NCBI GenBank assembly: GCA_963754655.1
Contig: CAVWGN010000001.1
Coordinates: 928,001-992,000, forward strand
Direction of reading: 5' to 3'
Length of the DNA stretch: 64,000 nucleotides
Source: an uncultured Chlamydiae bacterium
Lineage (GTDB): Bacteria; Chlamydiota; Chlamydiia; Chlamydiales; Parachlamydiaceae
Part shown: positions 1-10,543 of the stretch, in pieces
Numbering within the stretch: the first letter of the stretch is position 1
Layout: each line of letters opens with the position of its first letter
The notes under the pieces: model-generated
What the model was told of the DNA's origin: nothing
The model's database searches: none
What the model saw: only the letters and a program-made list of their open reading frames with translations
Translations under genes and position numbers: made by a program

Positions 1-1
1 G

Positions 2-2644
2 GTTTTTAAGCAGCTTTATCAGGATAAAGGCTTGGTTTATGAAGGGCTAAAAGTTATGCCTTTTTCAGCTAAATTGGGTACGCCTTTATCCAATTTCGAA
101 GCTTCTGAAAACTATAAAGAAGTTGATGATCCCTCTTTGACCGTTGCTTTTCAGTCCGGCGATGATCCTAATACCTACTTTCTGGCTTGGACAACGACTC
201 CTTGGACACTTGTCTCTAATTTGGCGCTCATGGTAGGGCCTTTAATTGAATATGTAGAGATTATTGATCATGATTCTAAGCGTCATTTTATTATGGCTTC
301 TGCGCGTCTTCCCACTTATTATAAAGATACAGATGATTATACGGTTGTGGCTACTTTTCCTGGCTCACAGTTAGAAGGACAGCGTTATATTCCTCTTTTC
401 GATTATTTTATTGATCATGCTCAGCAAGGAGCTTTCCGCATTCTTTTGGAAAACTCTATTTCTCTTGAAGAGGGAACAGGAATTGTGCATTCAGCGCCAG
501 CTTTTGGCGAAGTCGATTTTTATGCGTGCCAACGGGCTGGGATTGATCCAGTCTGTCCTGTTGATAATAATGGACATTTTACAGACGAAATTTCGGAATA
601 TCGTGGACTCTTTGTTAAGGATGCTGACAAAGAAATTATGAGACGTCTTAAGCAAGATGGAAAAGTCATTCACCAGGCAACTTGTCATCACCGCTATCCT
701 TTTTGTCCCAGATCTGATACTCCTTTAATTTATAAAACGATTCGCACCTGGTTTGTGGCTGTTGAAAAGATTAAGGATCGGTTGCTTGCTGTCAATGATC
801 AAATTCATTGGACGCCTCCTCATGTTCAATATGGAAGATTTGGAAAATGGCTGGAAGGAGCACGCGATTGGGCGATTAGCCGTAACCGCTATTGGGGTAC
901 TCCTATTCCTTTATGGCGCGCTGATGATGGCGAACTGGTGGTAGTAGGCAGCATTCAAGAATTGGAAGAGCTGACAGGCACAAAAATTCAAGATTTACAT
1001 CGTCATTTCATTGATCAACTGACATTTGAAAAAGAAGGTAAAATTTTTCGACGTATTCCAGAGGTTTTCGATTGCTGGTTTGAATCGGGATCTATGCCTT
1101 ATGCTCAAAATCATTATCCTTTTGAAAATAGAGAAATATTTGAGCGCAATTTTCCAGCTGATTTTATTGCCGAAGGACTTGATCAAACACGCGGCTGGTT
1201 TTATACTCTTACGATCTTATCGACAGCTTTATTTGATCAGCCTGCTTTTAAGAATGTGATTGTCAATGGTTTAGTGCTAGCCGAGAATGGCACCAAAATG
1301 TCAAAGCGTCTTAAAAACTATCCCGATCCTCTTGAGGTCATTCATCAATATGGAGCAGATGCAATACGGCTTTATTTATTGCATAGTCCTGCTGTCAAAG
1401 CGGATGATTTATCGTTTTCCAAAGCAGGCGTTGAGCTCATTTTACGCCAAATTCTGCTTCCGCTTTGGAATGCCTATACATTTTTTGTGACCTACGCGAG
1501 AATTTATAATTGGAAACCTACGCCACTTCCCCAAGAATTGAATCAAGTCATTGATCAATGGGTTGTCTCCTTGCTTAATAAGCTCGTGCACGAAGTGGAA
1601 TTGGGCATGGATGATTATGATTTGGCATTGGCAGTTGAACCTTTTGTTGGATTTATTAATCAACTTACCAATTGGTATATTCGTCGCTCCCGTCGTCGTT
1701 TTTGGGAAGAAAAAGAGTCTGTAGATCGTGCTCAGGCTTTTGCTACGTTGTACTATGTACTAATGGAGCTTGTCAAAATTGCCGCTCCCTATGTCCCCTT
1801 CATCAGCGAATCCATTTATCAAAATCTACGCATGCTTGATAGGCCAGAATCTGTTCACTTATGTGATTTTCCCGCTTATCAAAAAGAGAGGAGGCGAGAA
1901 AGATTAGAAGCAGAAATGGAAGTTGTGCAAGTGACAGTTAGTCTTGGACATGGTTTGCGTAAGGAACACAAATTGAAAGTCCGCCAACCCTTGCTTGCTG
2001 CGCATTTGGTTTCATCAGATCCTTGCATTCTCTCTTTTTTAGAAGATCAGCAGCACTTAATTGCTGAGGAACTTAATGTCAAGAAAGTGACATTTAGCAA
2101 TGATGAAAAAGAATTTGTGAGTTTAAAGGCTAAGCCTAATTTCCGCATTCTAGGAAAGAAAGTGGGGAAATTGATGCGGTCAGCTCAAATGGCAATTGAA
2201 CAATTCAGCCAGCAGCAATTACAAGACATTCTTAATGGAGAAACAGTTGTCATTCATTTGGAAGGGCAATCAATTCCTTTAACCACAGAAGATGTGCAAG
2301 TAGAAAGGGTAGTCCATGAAGGACTCATTGCAGCCAACCAAGGACTTATCACTATTGCTCTCGATACGCATCTCAATGAAGCGCTTTTATCAGAAGGATT
2401 AGCGCGAGAAGTGGTCAACAAAGTCAATACGATGCGTCGTGAGGCTAATTTAAGCGTGACAGATCGCATTCAATTACGTATCCAGACAACAGAGCGCGTC
2501 ATATCAAGTTTTGAACAATTTAAAAATTATATTTGTCAAGAAATTCTTGCCGTTAAGGTCGAATTTGGACCTACTATTGGAACGGAATGGGACTTAAATG
2601 GAGAGCCCACAAGGATAGCAATTGAAAACATTATCAAATCTTAA
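2..2644 (+). CDS. ileS: Isoleucine--tRNA ligase (5' end outside window)
   Basis: Frame open from base 2; WTTTPWTL, GTGIVH, DW.ISRNRYWGTPIP, EGLDQTRGWFY and KMSKR motifs. Confidence 0.97.
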   Translation, partial: VFKQLYQDKGLVYEGLKVMPFSAKLGTPLSNFEASENYKEVDDPSLTVAFQSGDDPNTYFLAWTTTPWTLVSNLALMVGPLIEYVEIIDHDSKRHFIMASARLPTYYKDTDDYTVVATFPGSQLEGQRYIPLFDYFIDHAQQGAFRILLENSISLEEGTGIVHSAPAFGEVDFYACQRAGIDPVCPVDNNGHFTDEISEYRGLFVKDADKEIMRRLKQDGKVIHQATCHHRYPFCPRSDTPLIYKTIRTWFVAVEKIKDRLLAVNDQIHWTPPHVQYGRFGKWLEGARDWAISRNRYWGTPIPLWRADDGELVVVGSIQELEELTGTKIQDLHRHFIDQLTFEKEGKIFRRIPEVFDCWFESGSMPYAQNHYPFENREIFERNFPADFIAEGLDQTRGWFYTLTILSTALFDQPAFKNVIVNGLVLAENGTKMSKRLKNYPDPLEVIHQYGADAIRLYLLHSPAVKADDLSFSKAGVELILRQILLPLWNAYTFFVTYARIYNWKPTPLPQELNQVIDQWVVSLLNKLVHEVELGMDDYDLALAVEPFVGFINQLTNWYIRRSRRRFWEEKESVDRAQAFATLYYVLMELVKIAAPYVPFISESIYQNLRMLDRPESVHLCDFPAYQKERRRERLEAEMEVVQVTVSLGHGLRKEHKLKVRQPLLAAHLVSSDPCILSFLEDQQHLIAEELNVKKVTFSNDEKEFVSLKAKPNFRILGKKVGKLMRSAQMAIEQFSQQQLQDILNGETVVIHLEGQSIPLTTEDVQVERVVHEGLIAANQGLITIALDTHLNEALLSEGLAREVVNKVNTMRREANLSVTDRIQLRIQTTERVISSFEQFKNYICQEILAVKVEFGPTIGTEWDLNGEPTRIAIENIIKS

Positions 2645-2725
2645 AGGTCATCAATAGACACAAAAGATTTAATGACATTTTGATTAAGATTTAGTTTTGC
2701 ATTTAAGCGACATACAAGAGGAATT

Positions 2726-2950
2726 ATGGAAACATTGACAGCTGAAGAGGCCGCACAGAATTTGCTCAAACTCATGGCCCTCGTTCACGAGAACGGCCAC
2801 CAATTTCGAATTACTGCAGAAGAAGGAACAGTCGTTTTGCTTTCAGAAGAAAGCTATCAGAACTTAATGGTTACCCTTGAATTATTGACAACACCTGGCT
2901 TGATGAAAGGACTAAGGCTATTAGATACAAATTCTTCATCTTTTTCTTGA
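2726..2950 (+). CDS. Phd/YefM-family antitoxin-like protein (no adjacent toxin)
   Basis: 74 aa; 'T A.EA..NL..L...V......ITxxxG.VVLLSEE.Y..L..TL.LL..PG' pattern; GAGG upstream. Confidence 0.75.
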   Translation: METLTAEEAAQNLLKLMALVHENGHQFRITAEEGTVVLLSEESYQNLMVTLELLTTPGLMKGLRLLDTNSSSFS

Positions 2951-2979
2951 TTAGGTATTAGAAGAGAGGTGGCTTCAAA

Positions 2980-3483
2980 TTAGCGTTGAGCAAAAAGTTG
3001 GGTGATATAAAATTTTCCTTCCTTGGTAATGGCTACCCCAATTCCTGTTTCTTCAAAATCTCCTAAGATATTTTTTCGATGTCCATCGCTCTTCATCCAA
3101 CTCTCAACAGCAATTTTTACTGGATCTTCATAGTTATAGCTATAAGCGACATTCTCTCCAAAAGAAGAGATCTTTGCAACTTTTTGCATTTGATTAGCTC
3201 TATTTTTGAATCCATGATGGCCGAAAGGGCATTTGCCATATGCCATGTTTTGGCTATGTTCCCTTGCACAATCCGAAAGTTGTGGCCACCAAGTTAAAGG
3301 GCGCAAGCAATGTTCCTCTCGGACCTTGTTGATTTCGTTATGGCAATAGGCTTCGAAAGAGGCAATGTTTCCTGAAGGAGTCACCCTATTAGAACATTGA
3401 ATGCACTTTCTTTTCGCTGCAAAACAAGGTTCTGCTAAAAAGATACCAAGAATGAAAAGGCATATAATGAAGGTATTTTTCAT
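2980..3483 (-). CDS. CAP/SCP-domain secreted protein
   Basis: Signal peptide; IN..R, A..HS..M, GENVA, W..S.GH..NILG motifs. Confidence 0.9.
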   Translation of the reverse strand: MKNTFIICLFILGIFLAEPCFAAKRKCIQCSNRVTPSGNIASFEAYCHNEINKVREEHCLRPLTWWPQLSDCAREHSQNMAYGKCPFGHHGFKNRANQMQKVAKISSFGENVAYSYNYEDPVKIAVESWMKSDGHRKNILGDFEETGIGVAITKEGKFYITQLFAQR

Positions 3484-3574
3484 GATTTTTGTTCGTTATA
3501 TCGTTTTGAGGATAAGGAGGAAAAATCATCCCCATCTGAATGAATGTGTAGCATGAAATTTGTTATAAACTATT

Positions 3575-3609
3575 CCTAATAGGCAAAAACTCAGGTAATG
3601 GAGGACTAG
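3575..3609. repeat. Degenerate right arm of the CTAGTACTC-shell MITE family
   Basis: cctaataggcaaaaactcaggtaatggaggactag resembles cccaataggcaaaaactaatgtggttgagtaactag (to 54831) and aaaactaatgtaatggagtactag (to 62379). Confidence 0.65.
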
Positions 3610-3626
3610 TGTTTTGCAAATACGCT

Positions 3627-5534
3627 CTAAGGCAGCCTCTTAAAAATGGACCTCTTCATATTACGGCGATGAATCAAATACCAGACAAGTGCAATCAGAG
3701 ACGCTATGCCCCAAACCATTAATCTTGGCAACGTAATCAAAGGATAAGGCTTTTGATTAGGAATTCCCCAACGTTCTCCAGGAGGCCAGATAATTAAGGA
3801 TGGGGCTCCTTGTAAATTAGATTGGGGAACTGGACCAAAGTAACGACTGTCTTGGCTCATAGCATGATTGTCGCCAAGCATTAGGTAATGGTTCTCGGGA
3901 ATTTTATAACCAAAAGTCTCAATAAATGTTTTATCTAATTGATTGTCGGCAGTCAGTGGGGCTCCATAGTCTTTAAAGGCAACATAGGGGGTTTTCTTAG
4001 TAGAAACCTGCTCTTTTTTCTTTTCACGTTTATTAAAGCTTGTGAGAATAGGATCATCCTTTTCTATCAAAATGCCTCCCATAGCATAGAGAGCGCCATC
4101 GCGGAAATAAATATAACGACTAGGAAAAAAAGGTTGATTACGGTTAAGCGGCTCCACTTGAGTGTTCATATCAATGCCGACATTGAAAAGCTTTTGAACA
4201 TTTTTTGGATCAGAATTGTATAAGGGATGATCAATTGGTAGGGCAGAGGTGATTCCTCCCCAACCTACTTTGGCTGCCTTACCATAGTAAAATTCATATG
4301 TTCCATCCGGCACTTTAGGAAATGATGGGCTTGTAGCATAGATTTTTTCACCCCCTAAACGATAAGAACTCGCTCGTCCATTGTTGACTACAAATCGACA
4401 AGTATACATGTTATTCATTAATGCTTTGAGATGCCTTTCCTGTAAAGGAATAATGGTTGAATAGCCTTTGATGGCTACTCCAAAGCGATCAGAAAGCAAA
4501 GGAGAGGGATAATTTAGACTTGGTGTATGACGAAGTTCCAAATAAAGTAATGCGTCCTCCATATCTTTTGCACGATATGAAGTGAAAGCTTCCAGTTGAT
4601 CTTTATTTAAAACACGTGCAATAGCAAAATTGCGAATGCCCCAAAAGTCGCTATACGTTTGAATCGTGTTGTGTGATTCACGCTGAGCTTCTGGGCGATC
4701 TTCCACCCAAGTTTGTCCATTGAATACTTCTCCCTTAATCTCGTGGTGATTGAAACGAAGCCTTCCAATAGCTTGATTAAAAAAATGAAAAACGGCTTCT
4801 GGAATGAGGTTAAGACGTCGGTCCTCTATATAAGTTCGTCTGCCTTCAAAATTCGTAAAGGGAATATGTTCAAGATGAGCCATCCAGGAGTTGTCGCGCA
4901 GTTCAACCAAATCGTGGCCCTCGCGATCAAATGCATAGATTTGTCCTCCGTAAAAATAGACAGTATCACCAGGCTTTCCTAGACAGCGCTTAATATAACG
5001 CTTTGTATAGGGAAAAATTTCCATAAAGGTAGAATCAGAATCTAAGTGAGGAATGCCATCGCCAGACCAAATGACTACGCTTGTGCGTTGTACAAGATTG
5101 GGATCAAAATAAAAATGCTTGGTTGCTAGGGGAACGTTAATGCCAAAGACTGTTTTGCTGACTGTTAAATGATCTTGCTCTTCAAATGTTGGACGCATCG
5201 ATCCTGTTGGAATTTCATACAATTCAAACCAAGTTTGTCGGACGACAGTGGCAACAACAAGGGCAATGACAATAGCAACCAGCATTTCAATGAAATACAT
5301 TCCTATGCTCTTTTTAAAATGAGCATCACTGAATTCTTCAACTTGATGAGCTAAGCGATTAGATTCTTCTCTATCGCCTTTTAAAATAGCCTCGTCTAGT
5401 CTTTGTAGTTGAGACTCAAATTGACCCAGCTCTTCTGAAGAAAGCTTCTCTCTTTTCTTCTGATACCATTTATATCCTGCTTTCAGAATGAGGCGAGACT
5501 TTCTCAAAGAATAGAGGCGTGTTGTTTTAGTCAT
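3627..5534 (-). CDS. lepB: Signal peptidase I
   Basis: IPTGSMRPT (catalytic Ser), YIKRC.G.PGD (catalytic Lys), MLGDN...S.DSRYFG. Confidence 0.95.
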   Translation of the reverse strand: MTKTTRLYSLRKSRLILKAGYKWYQKKREKLSSEELGQFESQLQRLDEAILKGDREESNRLAHQVEEFSDAHFKKSIGMYFIEMLVAIVIALVVATVVRQTWFELYEIPTGSMRPTFEEQDHLTVSKTVFGINVPLATKHFYFDPNLVQRTSVVIWSGDGIPHLDSDSTFMEIFPYTKRYIKRCLGKPGDTVYFYGGQIYAFDREGHDLVELRDNSWMAHLEHIPFTNFEGRRTYIEDRRLNLIPEAVFHFFNQAIGRLRFNHHEIKGEVFNGQTWVEDRPEAQRESHNTIQTYSDFWGIRNFAIARVLNKDQLEAFTSYRAKDMEDALLYLELRHTPSLNYPSPLLSDRFGVAIKGYSTIIPLQERHLKALMNNMYTCRFVVNNGRASSYRLGGEKIYATSPSFPKVPDGTYEFYYGKAAKVGWGGITSALPIDHPLYNSDPKNVQKLFNVGIDMNTQVEPLNRNQPFFPSRYIYFRDGALYAMGGILIEKDDPILTSFNKREKKKEQVSTKKTPYVAFKDYGAPLTADNQLDKTFIETFGYKIPENHYLMLGDNHAMSQDSRYFGPVPQSNLQGAPSLIIWPPGERWGIPNQKPYPLITLPRLMVWGIASLIALVWYLIHRRNMKRSIFKRLP

Positions 5535-5628
5535 AAATCAAAAAAGTAATTTAATTTGGAAGTAAGCATATCCTATCAAAGCTCAAATGACAACTCTTAA
5601 TTACATATTGACGAATTCTTTGGCATTG

Positions 5629-5723
5629 CTAGCACGCTAGTTTTTGCCTATTAGGATTAGGATGGGTTCAAACTCCAATGCGTTAAGTTAAGAGAAGTCA
5701 AAACTAATGTAATGGAGTGCTAG
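5629..5723. repeat. Degenerate, internally deleted CTAG-shell MITE
   Basis: Ends CTAGCAC...GTGCTAG; contains tagtttttgcctattagg and aaaactaatgtaatggagt, matching the shell arms. Confidence 0.65.
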
Positions 5724-5750
5724 AATCCATAAGCTTTCTTGCATCATTTG

Positions 5751-6368
5751 TTAGAATTGAAGATAAGAGTAAACAAGAGAACGAAAGTCAGAATAAGTGA
5801 TAGATTCTTTCAGTGAACGAATTTTATTATAGGCAAATTGTGAAATAAGGGTAGTTGACCCAGCTAATGTCATTTCTTTTGCAATTTGCGTCACTTGAGA
5901 AAAGCGATCGCATGCTTGTATAGAGTACCTTGTTGCACCCGCTAATTTCACACAATAACCTGTCATACGTAAACTTTCTCCAGAACCAGGAATGATAAAA
6001 TTACAAGGAGTAGACAGTTTAAGAATGACTTGTCCTGTTTCTTCGATTTGAAGATAATGCAATAAAATTTGCAGCTTGGTGATACGCTCACCCACATTCT
6101 TTAATTGATTGCGTACAATAAGGCTGTCTTGCTTTTTTAATCGAGAACTCATTTGACTTTTGATTTTCTTTAAGATAGTCAGACGCTTTGTCAAAGCCTT
6201 TGACTGTTTTTTATAGCCTGAAGAAGATTGTAGGGGATTACGCTCTTGTAATTTTTCTAAAATAAAGAAAGTAGTGCCTTTTTCCTGAAAAGTTGCTAAT
6301 TGAGAATGAATAGAAAAATGAATTTTATCTTTAATATAATCCGTTGCGGTATTAACGAGATTGAACAT
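5751..6368 (-). CDS. Hypothetical protein
   Basis: 205-aa ORF, no recognised motif. Confidence 0.6.
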   Translation of the reverse strand: MFNLVNTATDYIKDKIHFSIHSQLATFQEKGTTFFILEKLQERNPLQSSSGYKKQSKALTKRLTILKKIKSQMSSRLKKQDSLIVRNQLKNVGERITKLQILLHYLQIEETGQVILKLSTPCNFIIPGSGESLRMTGYCVKLAGATRYSIQACDRFSQVTQIAKEMTLAGSTTLISQFAYNKIRSLKESITYSDFRSLVYSYLQF

Positions 6369-6893
6369 TTTGTTGACCTTTTTGTTTTTGATGCTAATTA
6401 ATTATTTATTAACCATGTGAGTTTATATAAATTAATATACATTTTTTAAAATTAAAATATATGAAATTTAATTCATTTTAATAGTTTTCTAATATTGAGA
6501 TCAATGTTTTATTTATTTAGGAGAGCTTTCGTTAAAAGAGTCAGGTACGTATTTGCCTCGGATATAACTATTTAATTTTTAAATAATTATATTTAAATTA
6601 GCCTTTGTGGGATAAAATTTTACGCCTTTTGTACGCCATATTTAATAAAAGCCTTGCAATGAACTCTTTTTTTTGTGGAAAAATTGTTCGAGATTTGTTA
6701 ATAAAGTCTCTTCTTGACGAAAAGGAAAAGGGCTTCAAATGGCAAAAAAAAGGGGATGACAAAATTGGGTATTTTATAAAGCTTTAATATTAAGATGGAT
6801 CACAACGGTTTTATCGCAGTTAAAATAGACTTCAAAAAAAAACTTGATCTTAAAAATTCTGCGAAAGAAATGTTGATAAGTCTTTCAGCAACT

Positions 6894-7631
6894 CTAAAAA
6901 GAGGAAAGGGACGGTTTAGGAGATTGAAGTTGACTGCCTGAATCAATCATCCGAATTTTTGCCTTTCCAATTACTCCATTAATTTGTAGCCAATAGGGAA
7001 AATAGGCGGGATAACGTTGGTTATCGCGAGGCAAATACACTTCGATGGTTTTACCTGATAAATCGCCTCCGTCGCGAGGCCATATGGTGCGCCAGGCATC
7101 AAATGTGACTCCTTTAATTGTTTTTCCTTCTACAATCATACGAGGCTGCCAAAGAGGGCGTAATTCAGGTCCTGAACGGGGCTTGGGACCAACTCGCTTG
7201 CGTGCTTTGTCTGAAATCTTAGTAAATTTAAGATTAAGGAGCTTAGATAAAAAATTATCATTGTCTGGAATTTCAAACCAATTTTTTTTAGTGAATGAAT
7301 AATAGCGAACCATATGTCCATTGCGTAAATCGATATCATACATGACCCAGGAGGTGTTTCCTGGCGCTCCTTGTCGAACCCATTCTTTCCAGGTGACATT
7401 AGAATTCCGCTTGCTTTCAGGCACAGCAATTTCTTCTATTGTCAAAACTTGATGTTGTTTGTCATAAATATGCATCAGCGTTTGAGTTTTATTAGCAGAA
7501 ATTACGAGATAATCTCCTGGTTGAGCACGTTGTAAATTATTTCGTAAAAAAAGCTCTTCCGCTTGCAAAGGAGAGAAGAATCCCAAAATCCCCAACATCA
7601 AAATTAATAAAAAATGGGTCGGCCGTTTCAT
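6894..7631 (-). CDS. Hypothetical exported protein
   Basis: 245 aa; N-terminal signal peptide; GAGGAG RBS upstream. Confidence 0.75.
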   Translation of the reverse strand: MKRPTHFLLILMLGILGFFSPLQAEELFLRNNLQRAQPGDYLVISANKTQTLMHIYDKQHQVLTIEEIAVPESKRNSNVTWKEWVRQGAPGNTSWVMYDIDLRNGHMVRYYSFTKKNWFEIPDNDNFLSKLLNLKFTKISDKARKRVGPKPRSGPELRPLWQPRMIVEGKTIKGVTFDAWRTIWPRDGGDLSGKTIEVYLPRDNQRYPAYFPYWLQINGVIGKAKIRMIDSGSQLQSPKPSLSSF

Positions 7632-7703
7632 TATTCTTACTCCTCTAAAGATGATTAATTCACTAATTATAAAATCTGCTGGTTTTTAAATAAAGCTCAT
7701 ATT

Positions 7704-7735
7704 TTGACATCCTCCGCATTTATGCGGAGGATTCC
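7704..7735 (+). repeat. Isolated hairpin resembling an IS200/IS605 end
   Basis: TTGACATCCTCCGCA-TTTA-TGCGGAGGATTCC; perfect stem preceded by TTGAC. Confidence 0.45.
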
Positions 7736-7975
7736 TTAAGCTAACTCAAGGATTTTTGTTAAATTCTAATAAATGTTAAAATTTTTTTCTAAAATTTAAA
7801 AAAAACAAAGAATTATCAACTAAAAATTATTGATTTGTTTGGGTAATAAAAAATAGCCACTATAGTTGTTAAAATGTTTTAAACTAGAACTCATGCGTTG
7901 TCAAGAAAACAAATTGAAATTCACCTAAGTGATGCAAATGAATATCTTCTAACTTTATAAATTCTTAATCATCAA

Positions 7976-8536
7976 TTGTTAGTATCTCATGATGCATTTT
8001 TATCTGATTTTATTTTTAAAGGTGTCATCATGAATATAATTAGAAATATAGTCTCGGAGCTAGGATATGTAAGGGATGATGCCTGGCAGCAATCAGCGCT
8101 AAAAGTAACTGGAGGTGTGTTACTTAGTGCTGTATGTGCTTATGGAGGAACTCACTTTTTCACAACCCATCATCCTTTACTTGGGGCAGCTTATTTTGCT
8201 TCTGTTGCTTTGATCAGTCAAGTGGCTTACCGAGCTTTGGAAAAATTAAAAGACACTGTAGATAAACCCCTTGCTCGGCATGTGATCACAGTCATTCAAT
8301 TGCTTCAAATTCCCTATTTTTTCTATGCATTGCATGCAGGAATGGCTCAACGTTTATCAGCTTCAGCTAAGTTGGAAATTATCATAGCCACAGCCCATTT
8401 CGCCGCCATTCCTGTTTTCTGCCATCTTGCAATTGTTGCTTGGAATGATCCAACAGTAGAGCACATCACTGCAGCTATTGGAGTTATGCTTCCACTAGCC
8501 GGTGGGTTGAGGTCATATGTCGGACTGTTCTCATAA
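7976..8536 (+). CDS. Hypothetical multi-pass membrane protein
   Basis: Several hydrophobic segments; likely start ATG 8030. Confidence 0.65.
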   Translation: MLVSHDAFLSDFIFKGVIMNIIRNIVSELGYVRDDAWQQSALKVTGGVLLSAVCAYGGTHFFTTHHPLLGAAYFASVALISQVAYRALEKLKDTVDKPLARHVITVIQLLQIPYFFYALHAGMAQRLSASAKLEIIIATAHFAAIPVFCHLAIVAWNDPTVEHITAAIGVMLPLAGGLRSYVGLFS

Positions 8537-8706
8537 TTTGATATTCTTATCACTTTTAGAGAGCGGCCAGGTAATGGGTGAGCTCAAACTTGAAATCTTG
8601 ACCCAAATTCCAATTTTGAATTCACTTCGGTATAAGACTTCACTTCGAATTCAGAATGCGGTATGCTTTGCTTTTAGACAAGGATGTTTGGCTAAAGGAG
8701 AAATGA

Positions 8707-9021
8707 TTGATGAATAAGTGGATTCTTTGCATATTTAGTCTTCTACCTTTTAATGGTCAAGCCACATCGACTCAGAGCGAGCTAAAAATGGTAGAAGAGG
8801 AAATGCACGTGCTTAAAAAGCATTTGCATCAAAATCAATTGAAAGAAATGAACGAGGAAGTGGAAGGACAAGGATTGATGATTGCCGATTGGGACGCCTA
8901 TGCTAGACAATTAGAATTCATTCGCAAACAAGAGGAAGAGGATCGCAAGATTCAAATGCAAATTCAATATCTTGAGCAGCGCAAAGCTGAGCTTCTTAAA
9001 CAGCAAACGCAATCCCAATAA
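8707..9021 (+). CDS. Hypothetical secreted coiled-coil protein
   Basis: Signal-like N-terminus, E/Q/K-rich heptads, AAGGAG upstream. Confidence 0.6.
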   Translation: MMNKWILCIFSLLPFNGQATSTQSELKMVEEEMHVLKKHLHQNQLKEMNEEVEGQGLMIADWDAYARQLEFIRKQEEEDRKIQMQIQYLEQRKAELLKQQTQSQ

Positions 9022-9034
9022 GTTAAGGTTGCGT

Positions 9035-10534
9035 ATGTCACAACAAGCTTCTATTGCTTCTATTTACGACCAATCACTCATGCTTTTAACCGATTTCTAT
9101 CAAATGACTATGGCTTATGGCTATTGGAAGGCGGGCTTAGATCGCAAGGAAGCAGTTTTCCATTTATTTTTTCGCAAGACACCCTTTAAGGGAGGATTTA
9201 CTATTGCAGCGGGACTTGAAAGCGTCATCCATTTTATTGAAAAATTTCATTTTGATTCTTCAGACCTTCATTATTTGGCTGAACTCAAAGGTCCAGATGA
9301 ACATCCTTATTTTAGTGAAGAATTTATCAATCATCTGGCAAAATTGAAATTTACTGGTCATATAGATGCTGTTCCAGAAGGGACAGTAGTCTTTCCTTAT
9401 GAACCTCTTGTCCGTGTTCAGGGGCCATTGATTGAATGTCAGCTTTTGGAAAGCCCCTTGTTAAATCTCATGAATTTTCCAACATTAGTGGCGACAAAAG
9501 CGGCGCGTATCTGTTTGGCTGCTAAGGGTGATTCTGTGATTGAATTTGGCGTCAGAAGAGCTCAGGGTATCGATGGCGCTTTAACCGCTAGTCGTGCTGC
9601 TTATATTGGAGGATGTGATTCAACATCTAATTTGCTAGCAGGCAAGTTATTTGGCATTCCAGTTAAGGGAACACATGCCCATAGTTGGGTCATGGTATTC
9701 GATGATGAATTAGAATCTTTTCAAGCCTATGCCAAACATTTACCTAATCATTGCGTCTTTTTAGTTGATACTTACGATACGATTGAGGGAGTGAAAAAAG
9801 CAATTCAAGTGGGACAATGGCTGAAACAGCAAGGTAAGAAATTACTAGGCATTCGCTTAGATTCAGGTGATTTAGCCGATTTAAGCATTAAGAGTCGTAC
9901 GTTACTAGATCAAGCGGGTTTTCAAGATGCTGTCATTGTCGCTAGCAATGAACTTGATGAAACAATTATTAGCGAACTTAAGCGACAGGGTGCTCAAATT
10001 AATGTGTGGGGAGTGGGAACGAGTCTTGTGACTGCTAAAGATCAACCAGCCTTAGATGGAGTATATAAGCTCTCTGCGATTCGTGATCCCGAAGAAGACT
10101 GGAAATACAAGCTCAAGCTCTCTGAACAGATGGTGAAGGTTTCAAATCCAGGTATCTTGCAGGTTAAACGTTTCTATAATAGCCGAGAAAATGTAGCAGA
10201 TGCCATCTATGACATCCATATGCCATGTGAAGGTGACTGTCAGATTATTGATCCTCTTGATCCAACGCATGTACGCGTGATTAAGAAGGAATTGCCTAGT
10301 CGGGATCTCTTAAAGCCTATCTTTCGACAAGGAAAATGCATTTATCAGCATCCTTCTTTGCATGCAATTCGTCAGTATACGCAGCAAGAATTAGGACAAT
10401 TTCCTGTGGGGATTAAGCGTTTTCTCAATCCTCATATGTATGTGGTAGGAATGGAGAAAAAATTATACGATCTTAAAATCGATCTTATCAAGCAGATACG
10501 TCAATTATTACCTATAGCACCTCATCCAATTTAG
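9035..10534 (+). CDS. pncB: Nicotinate phosphoribosyltransferase
   Basis: LLTDFYQMTM, EFG.RRAQG, GTHAHSW, LVDTYD, GIRLDSGD motifs. Confidence 0.95.
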   Translation: MSQQASIASIYDQSLMLLTDFYQMTMAYGYWKAGLDRKEAVFHLFFRKTPFKGGFTIAAGLESVIHFIEKFHFDSSDLHYLAELKGPDEHPYFSEEFINHLAKLKFTGHIDAVPEGTVVFPYEPLVRVQGPLIECQLLESPLLNLMNFPTLVATKAARICLAAKGDSVIEFGVRRAQGIDGALTASRAAYIGGCDSTSNLLAGKLFGIPVKGTHAHSWVMVFDDELESFQAYAKHLPNHCVFLVDTYDTIEGVKKAIQVGQWLKQQGKKLLGIRLDSGDLADLSIKSRTLLDQAGFQDAVIVASNELDETIISELKRQGAQINVWGVGTSLVTAKDQPALDGVYKLSAIRDPEEDWKYKLKLSEQMVKVSNPGILQVKRFYNSRENVADAIYDIHMPCEGDCQIIDPLDPTHVRVIKKELPSRDLLKPIFRQGKCIYQHPSLHAIRQYTQQELGQFPVGIKRFLNPHMYVVGMEKKLYDLKIDLIKQIRQLLPIAPHPI

Positions 10535-10543
10535 CAAAGGTTA

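Noticed and set aside
411..2469. Short alternative-frame and antisense ORFs within ileS and other long genes
   Set aside because: Shadow ORFs without motifs, overlapping well-supported genes.
3627..5534. Unusually long signal peptidase I as a novelty
   Set aside because: Long LepB proteins with a large insertion are the normal chlamydial form.
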